From assembly GCA_001600695.1 (NCBI GenBank), contig BCKQ01000005.1:429993-493992 (forward strand): a stretch of DNA of 64,000 bases, read 5' to 3'. Position numbers and translations under genes: made by a program. Origin of the DNA: Ascoidea asiatica JCM 7603 (lineage: Eukaryota > Fungi > Ascomycota). Below the pieces are notes generated by a model. It was not told the origin of the DNA, made no database searches, and was given only the letters and a program-made list of their open reading frames with translations. Shown here one piece after another: positions 1 to 11,099 of the stretch. Position 1 is the stretch's first letter; each line of letters starts with the position of its first letter.

Positions 1-468
1 TCTACTTTTTTACAACAAGCCTCAGATACAACTAATGGAATCTACTCATTCGTTAAAAGTGAAGATATAGATGGTATCATCCAATATTTATCAACATCAT
101 TTTTTATTGATCCATCTCTACGTAAGTATGTAATATTACCAACAGATGGTGATATTGATTTTAGAGCATCATGTTTTTTGACAGGCGATGTTGTTGATAT
201 TGGTTATGTATGTTCCGTATGTTTGTGTATTTTAAGTAGGATTCCAGGTGATAATACCTGTCCGACATGTGGATGTGAATTTGATAAATTGACTTTACAA
301 AACTTAAGAAAGAAACCTGTTATTGTTCTTCCAAAAAAAAAAAAAAAAAAAGGATCCTTAAATACAAGTACGAATGCAATTTCAAGTTTAAATGTAAACA
401 ATTCAAACATAGTCTCAAGTGGAAATATAAATACTAATGTAATCACAAATAGTAAAATTGGTCAATAA
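1..468 (+). CDS. TFB4: TFIIH subunit Tfb4 (p34), 3' part; 5' end lies outside the window
   Basis: Frame +1 is open from base 1: STFLQQASDTTNGIY...DIDFRASCFLTGDVVDIGYVCSVCLCILS...CPTC, the Tfb4 C-terminal region and C4 zinc finger; stop at 466-468. Confidence 0.93.
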   Translation, partial: STFLQQASDTTNGIYSFVKSEDIDGIIQYLSTSFFIDPSLRKYVILPTDGDIDFRASCFLTGDVVDIGYVCSVCLCILSRIPGDNTCPTCGCEFDKLTLQNLRKKPVIVLPKKKKKKGSLNTSTNAISSLNVNNSNIVSSGNINTNVITNSKIGQ

Positions 469-621
469 GACAGTGTTCTTTTATTAAAATTAGTTTTTGT
501 GATAAATACCTTCATTTTCATATATTATACTATATCATCATATTATTCATTCAATTTTAAAGTATATCAAATAGAATGTATTCATAATTAAATCATTGTA
601 CTATTATCCCACTATTGAAAA

Positions 622-1327
622 TTAGGAACTTTTCAAAGCAGAGCTAGTGGCACTTGTTATAACACTGGAAACCAAGCTGGAAGCAGTAACGGCAGCAGAT
701 TCAATTACTTCTTTTGAAGCCTTAGATGCTGGATTGGCAACAGGAATTATAAGCTGTTGATATTGAAGTTGGAAATTGTTAGTTTAAATACGTAGAATGA
801 AAACAGAAAAGGATTTTTTAATAAAGTTACTTACATCCATGTATGTTGTTAAAAGAGCCATCAAACCAAAACTTATTTAAAAAAATTAGTTAGTTAAAAA
901 TATAAAATTTCAAAAACTGAAAAGAACAAGAGTTAAAAAAAAAAAAATTGAGCAGTACTATATTTACTTACAGTAAAGTCAAAAATGGAGACATTGCAGT
1001 ATCTTTTGGCATATTACGATCATGATGATAAGTTAAATAATTTTGCACAGCAAAAGTAAAAGCTGTCCATCCTAATAATTTTTGCCTCATAAACATAGCA
1101 GCCATTGGCATACTTTGAGTTAAAGATGTGGTTGGACTTTGTCTTGGTTCTATATCATGATGAACATATCTAATATAGGATTGAGCAAAGAAAGTAAATG
1201 AAGAATTACATTTTGATTTGTTTCAAATATGTTAGTTGAATTTTCATTTTTTAAATTATAAATTTCATTAAGATTGAACAGAAACCTACGGAACATAAAA
1301 TTCTTCTCTTTTTACTGAAGGGGCCAT
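622..1327 (-). CDS. Asterix/PAT10 (WDR83OS, YPR063C-like) small ER membrane protein, 134 aa, four exons: 1327-1290, 1169-972, 871-835, 753-622
   Basis: Manual splicing gives 405 nt in one frame: MAPSVKREEFYVPYVHH...SLTQSMPMAAMFMRQKLLGWTAFTFAVQNYL...LFGLMALLTTYMD. Introns GTAGGT..TAG, GTAAGT..AAG and GTAAGT..CAG each carry an ACTAAC branch site. PMAAMFxRxKxxGW recalled as the fungal Asterix motif. Confidence 0.82.
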
Positions 1328-1726
1328 TTCAATTAATCTAAATAAAATGTAAAGCGAAATAAAACTTTTTTTTTTTTTGAATTAATGTTATAAATTATTC
1401 TGATGTTTTCGATTTAAAATTTAATATTTATAAAATTGTAGGTATCAATAGATAAAAAGTGCAGCTTTCTTTATTCTACATTAGAGATGGCTGTATTGTT
1501 ATCAGTTAGCTGTAACGTAAGTGATTTACGTTCTAAACAGTTAAAGATAAATGTAAAGTCATATGGCATTACATAATCAAGTAATTAACAATTAATTTTT
1601 TTCAAAGTGTTCTTAGGTATAATTTTGCCGTTTTGGGCATGAACATACTTACATGATTATACATATTTTTGTGGAAAATATCCGTGGCTCCGGAAAAAAT
1701 GATTAGATTAGTTAAATAAAAAGGGT

Positions 1727-1941
1727 TATCCCTTTAATCCAAGGATCTGTGCCTTCCTCTTTACGAGCATAATATATATTTTGGCTTAAACGAGCACGTG
1801 ATATATTGTAGAAACTAAGACTATTTCTAAGAATATTTACATTTCAAACTAAATACCCATTTTTTTCAAAATAGTATAACATTAAAAAAAGTGTATTATG
1901 CGCTTAAGAGCCAAGGCACAGATCCTTGGATTAAAGGGATA
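1727..1941. mobile_element. MITE-like non-autonomous DNA element (211 bp, 1729-1939) flanked by TA on both sides
   Basis: 27-bp perfect terminal inverted repeat TCCCTTTAATCCAAGGATCTGTGCCTT, extending imperfectly to about 50 bp; TA at 1727-1728 and 1940-1941; AT-rich non-coding interior. Confidence 0.7.
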
Positions 1942-2221
1942 CCTAAATACCATTAAAAAGAGAACAAATTTTGCTGTAGAGTTTTATTTGTTAGAAAAAT
2001 CCCCAGTATAACTGTGATTACTTTCTGTAAATCACGTAATTTAAATATTTGATAAACTTCACCATGATAAAATATTCATGGCAGTATCAGAATTTCCCTT
2101 GCTATTTCCTTGATGTTTTCTAATAAAAATTAAAACAGTCAAAAAAACAGTCACTTTTGCAAAATAATACCTTTAGTACATTTCTAATGAAAAATAAACC
2201 ACATAGGGTGATATAGAAAAA

Positions 2222-2351
2222 GTATGTATTTCAAATATTTTTAAATTTTTTTTAATTAGATTTTGCCATTTTGGCTTATGGAAATCACAAATGTGTCAAT
2301 ATGTTACTAACAATGTGCTTATTTAATTTGATTGTTTTTTTGATTGTGTAG
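2222..2351 (+). other. Probable 5'-UTR spliceosomal intron of the SPP41-like gene
   Basis: GTATGT at 2222, TACTAAC at 2305-2311, T-rich tract, TAG at 2349-2351, one base before the ATG at 2353. Confidence 0.75.
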
Positions 2352-2352
2352 A

Positions 2353-5300
2353 ATGTCTGAAGAAGACTATCGAAATGAAATTGAAAATAGTGCAGAGAAT
2401 TCTTTATTGGCTTCTGCGATAAATGATGCGTTTAGTATCGTTGATTCGAATAAAGAAGATCCTATTGATAAGGTTCCTACTATAACATCTGTTGATAATA
2501 ATGACGCTGACGCATTATCCTTTGCTATAAATGATGCTTTTGAGAATGCCTTACTTCAAGAAAAAAAAAAAACCAATAAAGATAACGATTTTGATATCGA
2601 GTCTTCTCAAAACGAAAGTACCCAAAATCTTCTCTCTTCGGCTATCAATGAAGCCTTCCAATCGTCAGAACTTAATGTTGAAGTGGAAAACACTAAAATT
2701 GATCATAATCTTGAAAATAATAAAATATTATCTAAGAGTAATGATCCATTATCTTCAGCTATCAATGATGCCCTTGGAATAGTTCAAATTGACACAGACA
2801 AAGTATTGAATGAAGAACCTAGTCATGCATCATCACAAACCAATACATTAATAGCAGAAGCTATTAATCAAAATTTTGATATGGATCAGCCAAATGTTAA
2901 TGATTCATCTTATGGTTTTAATACCAAAAATAAAGATCCATTATCCTCAGCAATTTCAGATGCTTTGAATTGGTCTCAAATAGATTTAAATGAAGCTACT
3001 CAAAATGATCATTTAACATCCGCAATTGAAGATGCACTTAATATAAGTCCTGAACAGAAAATAGATAATGAAAGTACTGTTCCAGATTGTAATCGAGAAG
3101 AATTTTCAGAACACAGTCAAGAACCAAATCCGGAGGAAATTCTAGAGGAAATTCCAGAAGATACTTCAAATGATCCCCTTACCCATGCTATAAATGAAGC
3201 TTTGAACATAACTCGGTTGGTTGAAGACAAAAATACCGAAAAAGCAAAAGAAATCAAAGTCAATCCACTATCAACAGCTATTTCTGATGTTCTTAATAAT
3301 ATAACTTTAGATGACTTAGAGAATCCAGATAATATTAGCAAAATTCCAATAAGTAGCAGACATGACTTGTCAAAACAAACTCGAACAATTTTAGAATCAG
3401 TGCGACATCTTCAAAGACCTATTCTAAATTCTTCCTTTCAGCCTTCCATATTTACTAGGTCTATAGACTACTACAGAAGTACATTAAAAGATAGTAGGGT
3501 TGATGCAATTAAAGATGCTCTTAACGACATTTCACTAATAAACAATGAATCTGATGGATCATTATCAATTACAAACGATTCTTTATCTTTAGCAATCGAA
3601 AATGCTTTTAAGGATATTTCTTTATCAGAGACAAAAGGAAAACCTAAGAAAAGAAGCTACAAAGATAAGAAAAAATCTCCAAGCATATCCCCTTTGAAAA
3701 TTTCCGTTGACAAAGCAGCTAAACAAAACCAAGTCAGTAATTCTGCCTTGGAAAATGCAATTAATGATGCACTTAACGAGATTTCTGTTAATCTTCCAGA
3801 ACCTGGAAATCAAAAAGAAGCTAGCTTATCACGTAATAATATTACAAGGCCTTCGCTTACTAACAAATTAGATAAAGCTATTAACGATGCTCTTGATGAT
3901 ATAATTGACTTTCCGATGATTGATGAGTCTAAACCTTTATCTGAGATAAAACTTCCCAGAAGAAATTTTCAATCAGAAAGATCACAAAGCTTTGCATCTA
4001 ATCTTCCAAAGACTTTACCGAAGTCTACTCTAACATCTGACTTTTTAGCACATATTGATATTGATAAGGCTATAGAGTCGGCATTGCATTCCATAGGGAA
4101 AGCTAAGGCATCAAAAAGTATTACCAATGAAAAATCTGAAAAAACGCTAGTGGCTTCAAATCCTGTAGAAAATATTCTTAACAACCACTCAATTATGAAC
4201 TCTATCTTTCAAGATGCTATTGCTATGGCCTCGGGAATAACTGAAAATGCAGAGAAGAAAAAAAAAGTATCTGAATCTGAATCAAAGATTACTAAACTGG
4301 TTTCTAGTGAGAGCATCGAAGAGAAAAGCTCAACTATTCCAAGTAAACAAAAATTGTCCATTGCAGAAACATTGGCATTCAACAGATCATCCATGAAAAA
4401 TGCAAAGAGTAAAAATTATTCTCGAATAGAATCACTTGAAAAAATCCCTGATACTGATGATATAACGCGAAAAGCACTAGAAAGTGCAATTCAGTTCTTA
4501 TTGGAATCAGGTATACCCGATCGAGAGAGAATAAGAATGGATAATAGAGAAAGAAAAAAGAGATGGAGGGAAGAAAATTCTGATCGAAACAAGGATAACG
4601 ATTTAAGGTGTCGAGTTCATAAAAAAGCAGAATTGCTTTTTGGGAAGGATGATTCTGAAAGTAAACAAGAATGGATTTTAGATGAATTCACTCGAAGAAA
4701 AGCCAAAAGACTTGAAAGAACAGACAAACAGAAAGATAAAAGATCACCAATCGGTACTTATAGCTATTCAAAATCATTAGAGCCCGCTGGTTTTCAGGAA
4801 AGTTCTACTTTGCATAAACTGGATTTTGACTTAGAGTCTATACTAAAACAACTAAATTCATCTAGTAACCCTTCTAGGATTACGTCTCAATCAAAGCTCG
4901 TATCTATTTTGTCTGAAGTAATTTCCAAAATGGTCACTCAAAAATCGAACGATTTATCCAAAGATGAATCTATTCATGTTTCAGGTGTTCCACCATCTAC
5001 TATATCAGCTTTTAGAGTTGGGACCAGTCAAATAAATACTTCTCCCACTAACATTTTACCCCCATCCAAGCTTCCTGATCCAGAATTGACACCTCTTTTC
5101 AAGAAAATTGCAACTCTCCCATATAAGAAAACTGATTCTCTGAGAATGCAGAATTCTAGCGTTAAAAAAACCCTCGATGTTGAGAAGCTTACATCAAGTT
5201 CAACTGTGCCTTCTAAAAGAAAGGCTCTGGAGTTGGTAGGCTCGAATCCTAAGAAATTGACAAGTATTAATAGCTCTACCAAACCTTCTTCACTTTCGAA

Positions 5301-5559
5301 TTTGAAAGCTAATGATAATAAGCCTATAGAAGAAGAGCCCACCATGGAAAATATTATGTCATGGGCTTCCAAAAGTTCCTTTAAGTTACCTTCATATAAA
5401 AAGAAAGTTACACCATTACCCAAAGTTGGTCTAGGTGTTCGTGGTGCCATTGGCAAGGCTGGTTTTAACCGTCCTACAGCATCTAAAGGGGGTGATCAAG
5501 CTAGACGTAGAAAGATTGGCTTTCCTTCGTCACTATTAGCAATTGGGAAAGTAGTTTAA
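2353..5559 (+). CDS. SPP41: Spp41/Nnf2-like nuclear protein with DUF3020 domain and many LxxAIxxA[LF] repeats
   Basis: RERIRMDNRERKKRWRE...NKDNDLRCRV...LFG...EF.RRK is the DUF3020 signature. First ATG at 2353 (track start is TTG). Confidence 0.7.
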   Translation: MSEEDYRNEIENSAENSLLASAINDAFSIVDSNKEDPIDKVPTITSVDNNDADALSFAINDAFENALLQEKKKTNKDNDFDIESSQNESTQNLLSSAINEAFQSSELNVEVENTKIDHNLENNKILSKSNDPLSSAINDALGIVQIDTDKVLNEEPSHASSQTNTLIAEAINQNFDMDQPNVNDSSYGFNTKNKDPLSSAISDALNWSQIDLNEATQNDHLTSAIEDALNISPEQKIDNESTVPDCNREEFSEHSQEPNPEEILEEIPEDTSNDPLTHAINEALNITRLVEDKNTEKAKEIKVNPLSTAISDVLNNITLDDLENPDNISKIPISSRHDLSKQTRTILESVRHLQRPILNSSFQPSIFTRSIDYYRSTLKDSRVDAIKDALNDISLINNESDGSLSITNDSLSLAIENAFKDISLSETKGKPKKRSYKDKKKSPSISPLKISVDKAAKQNQVSNSALENAINDALNEISVNLPEPGNQKEASLSRNNITRPSLTNKLDKAINDALDDIIDFPMIDESKPLSEIKLPRRNFQSERSQSFASNLPKTLPKSTLTSDFLAHIDIDKAIESALHSIGKAKASKSITNEKSEKTLVASNPVENILNNHSIMNSIFQDAIAMASGITENAEKKKKVSESESKITKLVSSESIEEKSSTIPSKQKLSIAETLAFNRSSMKNAKSKNYSRIESLEKIPDTDDITRKALESAIQFLLESGIPDRERIRMDNRERKKRWREENSDRNKDNDLRCRVHKKAELLFGKDDSESKQEWILDEFTRRKAKRLERTDKQKDKRSPIGTYSYSKSLEPAGFQESSTLHKLDFDLESILKQLNSSSNPSRITSQSKLVSILSEVISKMVTQKSNDLSKDESIHVSGVPPSTISAFRVGTSQINTSPTNILPPSKLPDPELTPLFKKIATLPYKKTDSLRMQNSSVKKTLDVEKLTSSSTVPSKRKALELVGSNPKKLTSINSSTKPSSLSNLKANDNKPIEEEPTMENIMSWASKSSFKLPSYKKKVTPLPKVGLGVRGAIGKAGFNRPTASKGGDQARRRKIGFPSSLLAIGKVV

Positions 5560-6000
5560 TATTTTTATTCATTTGTTCCTTTTTATTATCTTTATTATAG
5601 TTATGGCTTTTATTTGATTTCTCGGTTTATGTGTTTCTTGCTGTATTTTATAAATTATTTCTTTTTTCTTTAATTTTATTGTATAATAGTTTTTTAGGAT
5701 ATTCTTTTTGCATTTTGGAATGCTTATAATAAATAATGGTTTATTTCATCAAACCATAAATTAGCAAGCGAATTATTTACATGAGTAAAAATGTTTTAAT
5801 TATATGCAAATAAGCTTTTATTGAATTACAATTAATAATAAAAATAAAATTGTCAAACCAAGAATTATGAAACATAAAAGAAAAACTATATAAAAATAAA
5901 AAAAAGGAATAAAAATTAAGAAAAGAATAGAAAGAGCTATAACTAGCTGTAAAAAAAAAAAAAAAACCAAATTTTGAAAAATAAAAAAAACCCAATTATA

Positions 6001-8526
6001 CTATACCAATTGTCTATAACTCATTGATGGAAGATTACTATCATAAAACTCATAATAATTAATAATTTCACCATTAAATCTTCCCAACCCACTTTCAGGT
6101 GAAATACGTACCAAACTTTTAATGCCATTATTAAGTCTATCATCATTAAGCCAAAAATCTAAACAATTCACTTTAAAACCATTATTATATTTATTTTTAT
6201 TTTTAAACCAATTAACTCTATCTCTATTAAAAAATAAAAATAATTGATTGATACCTGTTACTCTTGCAAAAGAAGAAAAACAAGTTAATTGTTTCGATGA
6301 TTTTCTTAATCTACTTGAAGAACTACTTGGAGCTGTAGAACCAGAAGAAAAATTACCAGAATCTAAATGATTTGAATTTGAATTAATACTTGAGTTGGAA
6401 TTATCTAAATTACTATTGATATCAATATTAAAATCTGGAGGTAAAGAAGAATAATGAGAATTACTATTTTCTTGAAATTTAAAAGAATTTTGAAGTTCAT
6501 TTGCTTCATTAGTTGTTAAGTTTATAGATACTTGTAATAATTGAGATATTACTAAAAAAGTTATCCAAACACCTTGAAATATTAAAAAGCATAAAAGTAT
6601 AAAAGTTGAAAATGAATAATTATAGCCATAACAAGCAGCATTTGGTAAAATAGCACATTCTTTGTAAGGTAAATCAGTTGAATTTGAAGTTTGATTATAA
6701 TGATAATTATATAATTGAATAAAATAATTTAAACAAAGATAAGTAAAATTAACAATTGCTAACTGTAAAAAAATTATGAAATATAAAAAAATTTTATGAT
6801 TTCTTAAACCAACATCATTATAAACCCAAGGACAATAATGATCAAATTTTGCAACAACCGATTTATAAAGTCGACTATATTTACTTCTTAAAGGTTTTCT
6901 AACATAAGTTCTAATACAAAAATTTTTTGAATCAAATTTACCAATTTTTATTAAATTTTTTATAATTTTTTGAATTGAATCAGGTTTTTTAATTAAACCT
7001 GGATTTAAAAACATTGATTTAAAAAAATTTAATAAAACTAAAATTGATAAAATTAAAAATGAGAAATTTAAAAAAGGATTTAAATAATAAGTTTTTGGAA
7101 AAATTATTAAAATCCAAAATGAAATTGTGAAAAAAATTGTTGAAAAACAAATTCCAGATAAAAATGGAGATCTTATAAAAGAAGATTTTTCATTTGAATA
7201 ATTTTGAATTAAACTTTTAGTAAAAATAATTAATAAAGAAATTATTGATATTAAAGATGTAAAAATTAATAATTTATTAAAATTAGAATTTTGATTATTA
7301 ACTTGATAATTATAATTTAAAAAATTACAAGAAAATAAAATTGTAAAAATTATTGGAAAAGGTATTAAAAATGTTAAAATTTTTGCAATATTTTTTTGTT
7401 TTGAGGAATTATTTAAAAATCTAATATTTTTATTTGCATTTAATAAATTTCTATCAGATTCTTTTAAAGCAATTTTAAAATTTTTTAAAGTATTCATTTC
7501 TTTTGCAATTTGAAAAGCATTTTTACCTTCATTTGTTTTTAAAAATGGATCAGCACCATTATTTAATAAATTTTTTAAAATTGATTTATTACCTTTAATT
7601 AAAGCCCAATGTAAAGGAGTAAAACCAGTATTATCTAATAAATTTACATTTGCATTAAAATTAGTTAAAAAATCTACAGATAATGAATCACCTTGATAAG
7701 AAGCCCAATGTAAAGCAGTTCTAAGATTTGAATCAGATTGATCAATTGACATACCAGTCATTATAATTATATAAATAACTAACATAATATTTGAAGAATG
7801 TACAGCTAAATGTAAAGAATTAAAACCTTCAGCATCAGTTTTAAAAGGATTTGCACCATTTGAAATTAAATAATCTACAATATAAACTAAACCAAATTTA
7901 CAAGCCCAATGTAAAGGAGTTGCATTTAAATCACCACCTTTATGATCTAATTTTGCACCTTTTGAAATTAAATATTTTATTATTGATAATCTATTATTAA
8001 TTGAAGCCCAATGTAAAGCAGAAATATTATCAGAAAGATAAGAATTTACATAAATTGGATTAAATTCTATTAAATTTTTTACAGTTTTTAAATCACCAGA
8101 TTGACAAGATTTAAATAATAAATTTAAATCATTTTCAAATTTTATTTTAATATTTAATTGTGGTTGTTGAGATAATGGAGTTAATGAACGAGATTGAGAA
8201 CGAGAATCAGATTGTGAGCGAGAGTGAGTTTGAATTTGAGGTTGAGATTTAGAACGAGAATGAGTTTTATTTAGATAATTAATATCATTATTATCATCAT
8301 CATTATCATTATCATTATCATTATCATTATCATTATCATTATCATAACTCTTTACAGAAATATTATTAAGAATAGATTGAGAATCATTTGAAAGTAAAGA
8401 ATTTTTAGATATGATTGAATTATTTGAAATTATTGATTTATTTGCATTGAAAGAATCATCTGGAATTGAAGAAGAATTTTGATTCAAAGAATCATTTAAA
8501 GTCTTTAATTCAGTATCATTACTCAT
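6001..8526 (-). CDS. AKR1: Ankyrin-repeat palmitoyltransferase Akr1
   Basis: Ankyrin repeats (ALHWAS, TPLHWA), TM segments and FDHYCPWVYNDVGLRNHK, the DHYC variant typical of Akr1. Confidence 0.95.
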   Translation of the reverse strand: MSNDTELKTLNDSLNQNSSSIPDDSFNANKSIISNNSIISKNSLLSNDSQSILNNISVKSYDNDNDNDNDNDNDNDDDNNDINYLNKTHSRSKSQPQIQTHSRSQSDSRSQSRSLTPLSQQPQLNIKIKFENDLNLLFKSCQSGDLKTVKNLIEFNPIYVNSYLSDNISALHWASINNRLSIIKYLISKGAKLDHKGGDLNATPLHWACKFGLVYIVDYLISNGANPFKTDAEGFNSLHLAVHSSNIMLVIYIIIMTGMSIDQSDSNLRTALHWASYQGDSLSVDFLTNFNANVNLLDNTGFTPLHWALIKGNKSILKNLLNNGADPFLKTNEGKNAFQIAKEMNTLKNFKIALKESDRNLLNANKNIRFLNNSSKQKNIAKILTFLIPFPIIFTILFSCNFLNYNYQVNNQNSNFNKLLIFTSLISIISLLIIFTKSLIQNYSNEKSSFIRSPFLSGICFSTIFFTISFWILIIFPKTYYLNPFLNFSFLILSILVLLNFFKSMFLNPGLIKKPDSIQKIIKNLIKIGKFDSKNFCIRTYVRKPLRSKYSRLYKSVVAKFDHYCPWVYNDVGLRNHKIFLYFIIFLQLAIVNFTYLCLNYFIQLYNYHYNQTSNSTDLPYKECAILPNAACYGYNYSFSTFILLCFLIFQGVWITFLVISQLLQVSINLTTNEANELQNSFKFQENSNSHYSSLPPDFNIDINSNLDNSNSSINSNSNHLDSGNFSSGSTAPSSSSSRLRKSSKQLTCFSSFARVTGINQLFLFFNRDRVNWFKNKNKYNNGFKVNCLDFWLNDDRLNNGIKSLVRISPESGLGRFNGEIINYYEFYDSNLPSMSYRQLV

Positions 8527-8729
8527 GATTTTATTTAATGAATTGAGATCCTTTCTAATTGTCTACTTATTCAAAAGAAGGTCTCCAGAAATATTATTAT
8601 TATTTATTATTTATTATTAATACAAATACAGAAGTATATTTATTTGATGTCGATGTCTATGATTTCCAGTTACGTTGATAAATAAATACCAAATATTACC
8701 AAATAATACCAAATATTACCAGTTACCAT

Positions 8730-9180
8730 AAAAACCGGACTGAGCGACTGGAACGGCACGGAGAATCCGCCTGTGGAATTGTAAAACCTATGTACCGTGG
8801 CGCGGAAATATTTAAATCCAGCGACACGGTCTCAATGCAAGTATGTGTGTACTGGTGCAGTAGTATAGAGTACCGCACCACTGGTAATATAATTTTTTCA
8901 AAATAGGATCCGTATTTCTGGCGACGGATTTGCGGGTATCCATCCGTTCTACCCGGTCACATGCGTTTTGTGCCGCGTGCCAGGGGGAGGGCCACGTCAG
9001 CAGCTCCCGGGCAACGCCCACTCTCGCCAGTATCTAGAACTGCACCGCTGCGATTCCAGCCTGGGAATGCACGCTCCGTGGATGGATTGTCGTATAGCCC
9101 TGCTGCACGCCGCTCTCGATAAACGACAGTTAGAATCGCTCTTTTTCGCCTGTCGATTATCTCCACACACTTTTGGCTGA
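8730..9180. promoter_or_regulatory. GC/CpG-rich island in the AKR1-ELO3 divergent intergenic region
   Basis: Abrupt GC-rich block with many CG/CGG between extremely AT-rich flanks; the short ORFs over it do not follow host codon usage. Confidence 0.55.
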
Positions 9181-9752
9181 TTTTGTTTGGTTTTTCACTT
9201 TTTTGCTTGTTTCTGTTTCTTTCTGTTTGTTTTCTTGCTTTTAGTTATTTATTTTATTTTATTTTATTTATTTACATTTATTTTTCATATTTATTTTCAT
9301 TTTTCATATTTTTCATATTTTTCATATTTTTCATTTTACATACTGTAACTTACAATAGTGAACCAATTCCTGTAGAATTTACACTCCTTACCAATATTAG
9401 TATTATTTCACTTTCTTTCACTTTATTTTATTTTGTTTTTTTATTGTTTTTTTAATCAAATTATCAATAAATAGATTAATAACATACTGAAGGATATTTA
9501 TCGATCAACTTGTTAGTCAAATAAACAAGTTATTTTCTATCTCACGTTACTCTTTTGTTTTTATTATTTATTGTTATTACTTTATCACTTTAACTTCATA
9601 ATTAGTTTTCTGAAAAGAAATATCATGATAAAAATAAAAATCAATATTTTTTTCTATTCTTTATTTATTTAAATTCAATTCAATTATACCTTTTTTCTTA
9701 TTTCTTATTTCTTATTTCTTATTTCTTATTTTTTACTTAGACATAATCAAAA

Positions 9753-10712
9753 ATGAGTAATATAAAATTTATTAGTCAAATACCTATAGAATATGGATAT
9801 CCATCATTAGATAATCCATTTGGATTAAAATTATTTCCAATTTATTCATTTATTTATAAAAAAATTATTGGTTATTCACCAGAAGATTTTGAATTTATTT
9901 CTGGTAAAACTTTTATGGCAAATGGTAATTTAGTTATAATTATGATGTTATTATATTATTTAATTATATTTGGTGGTAAATATATTTTATTAAAATTTAA
10001 TATTAGAAAATTTAATTTAAATTATTTATTTCAAATTCATAATTTATTTTTATCAACATTTAGTGGAATTTTATTATTATTAATTATTGAAGAAATTTTA
10101 CCAATTTATTTTAAAAATGATTTTTATTTTACAATTTGTAATAAAAATGGTGGTTTTACAAAAAAAATTGTTAGTTTATATTATTTAAATTATTTAACAA
10201 AATATTGGGAATTATTTGATACATTATTTTTAATTTTAAAAAATAAAAAATTATTATTTTTACATGTTTATCATCATGGTGCAACAGCTTTATTATGTTA
10301 TACACAATTAATTGGTCATACATCTGTTGAATGGGTACCAATTTCTTTAAATTTATCTGTTCATGTTATAATGTATTTTTATTATTTTTTATCTGCAAGA
10401 GGTATAAAAGTTTGGTGGAAACAATGGGTTACAAGATTTCAAATTTTACAATTTATTTTAGATTTAATAGCTGTTTATTATGCATGTTTTGAATATTATA
10501 CTGATAAATATTTTTCATGGATTCCACATAGAGGTTCTTGTTATGGTAGTGAAACTGCTTCAATTTATGGAGTTTTAATTTTAACAAGTTACCTTTTTTT
10601 ATTTATTAGTTTTTATATCACCATTTATAACAAAAAATCTTCAAAAACTTCAAAATCTTTAAAGTCTTCAACAAGTTCATTGCCAAATCAAAAAAAAACT
10701 AAAAAAATATAA
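9753..10712 (+). CDS. ELO3: Very-long-chain fatty acid elongase Elo3/Sur4
   Basis: FLHVYHHGATALLCYTQLIGHTSVEWV and WWKQWVTRFQI resemble Elo3 more than Elo2; C-terminal di-lysine ER motif (KKTKKI). Confidence 0.9.
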   Translation: MSNIKFISQIPIEYGYPSLDNPFGLKLFPIYSFIYKKIIGYSPEDFEFISGKTFMANGNLVIIMMLLYYLIIFGGKYILLKFNIRKFNLNYLFQIHNLFLSTFSGILLLLIIEEILPIYFKNDFYFTICNKNGGFTKKIVSLYYLNYLTKYWELFDTLFLILKNKKLLFLHVYHHGATALLCYTQLIGHTSVEWVPISLNLSVHVIMYFYYFLSARGIKVWWKQWVTRFQILQFILDLIAVYYACFEYYTDKYFSWIPHRGSCYGSETASIYGVLILTSYLFLFISFYITIYNKKSSKTSKSLKSSTSSLPNQKKTKKI

Positions 10713-11099
10713 TTTTAAATATAATTAATTAAAAAAAAAAAAAATCATTAATATATTCACCATTTATCATTTTCTTTTATTTATGTATTTATGTATTTAT
10801 CCCCATATATTTATATTATATTTTATATTTTATATTTTATATTTTATATTTTATATTTCAATTATTTCTTCAATCTATTTCATTAATAACTTTTTTTTAG
10901 TTTTCCATTTGATAATACTGCTATTTTAATAACTTATTTCAATCATTTTAATAATCAATCTTTAATCAATTAACATTACACTTCTTTTATTTCTGTTAAA
11001 AGTTAAATTTTTCAAATATTTTTTTAGATGAATCCAATTTTGCGGATCTCCTAATAGATAAACCTCATTTGGAAACGTAATTCGAAAATATATTTCCAC

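Noticed and set aside
1793-1900. CDEI-like ATCACGTG next to AT-rich DNA (point centromere?)
   Set aside because: No convincing CDEIII at the right spacing, and the site lies inside the inverted-repeat element.
8812-9455. Short ORFs over the AKR1-ELO3 GC island
   Set aside because: They overlap in several frames, lack host codon bias and motifs, and arise from stop-codon scarcity in GC-rich or T-rich DNA.
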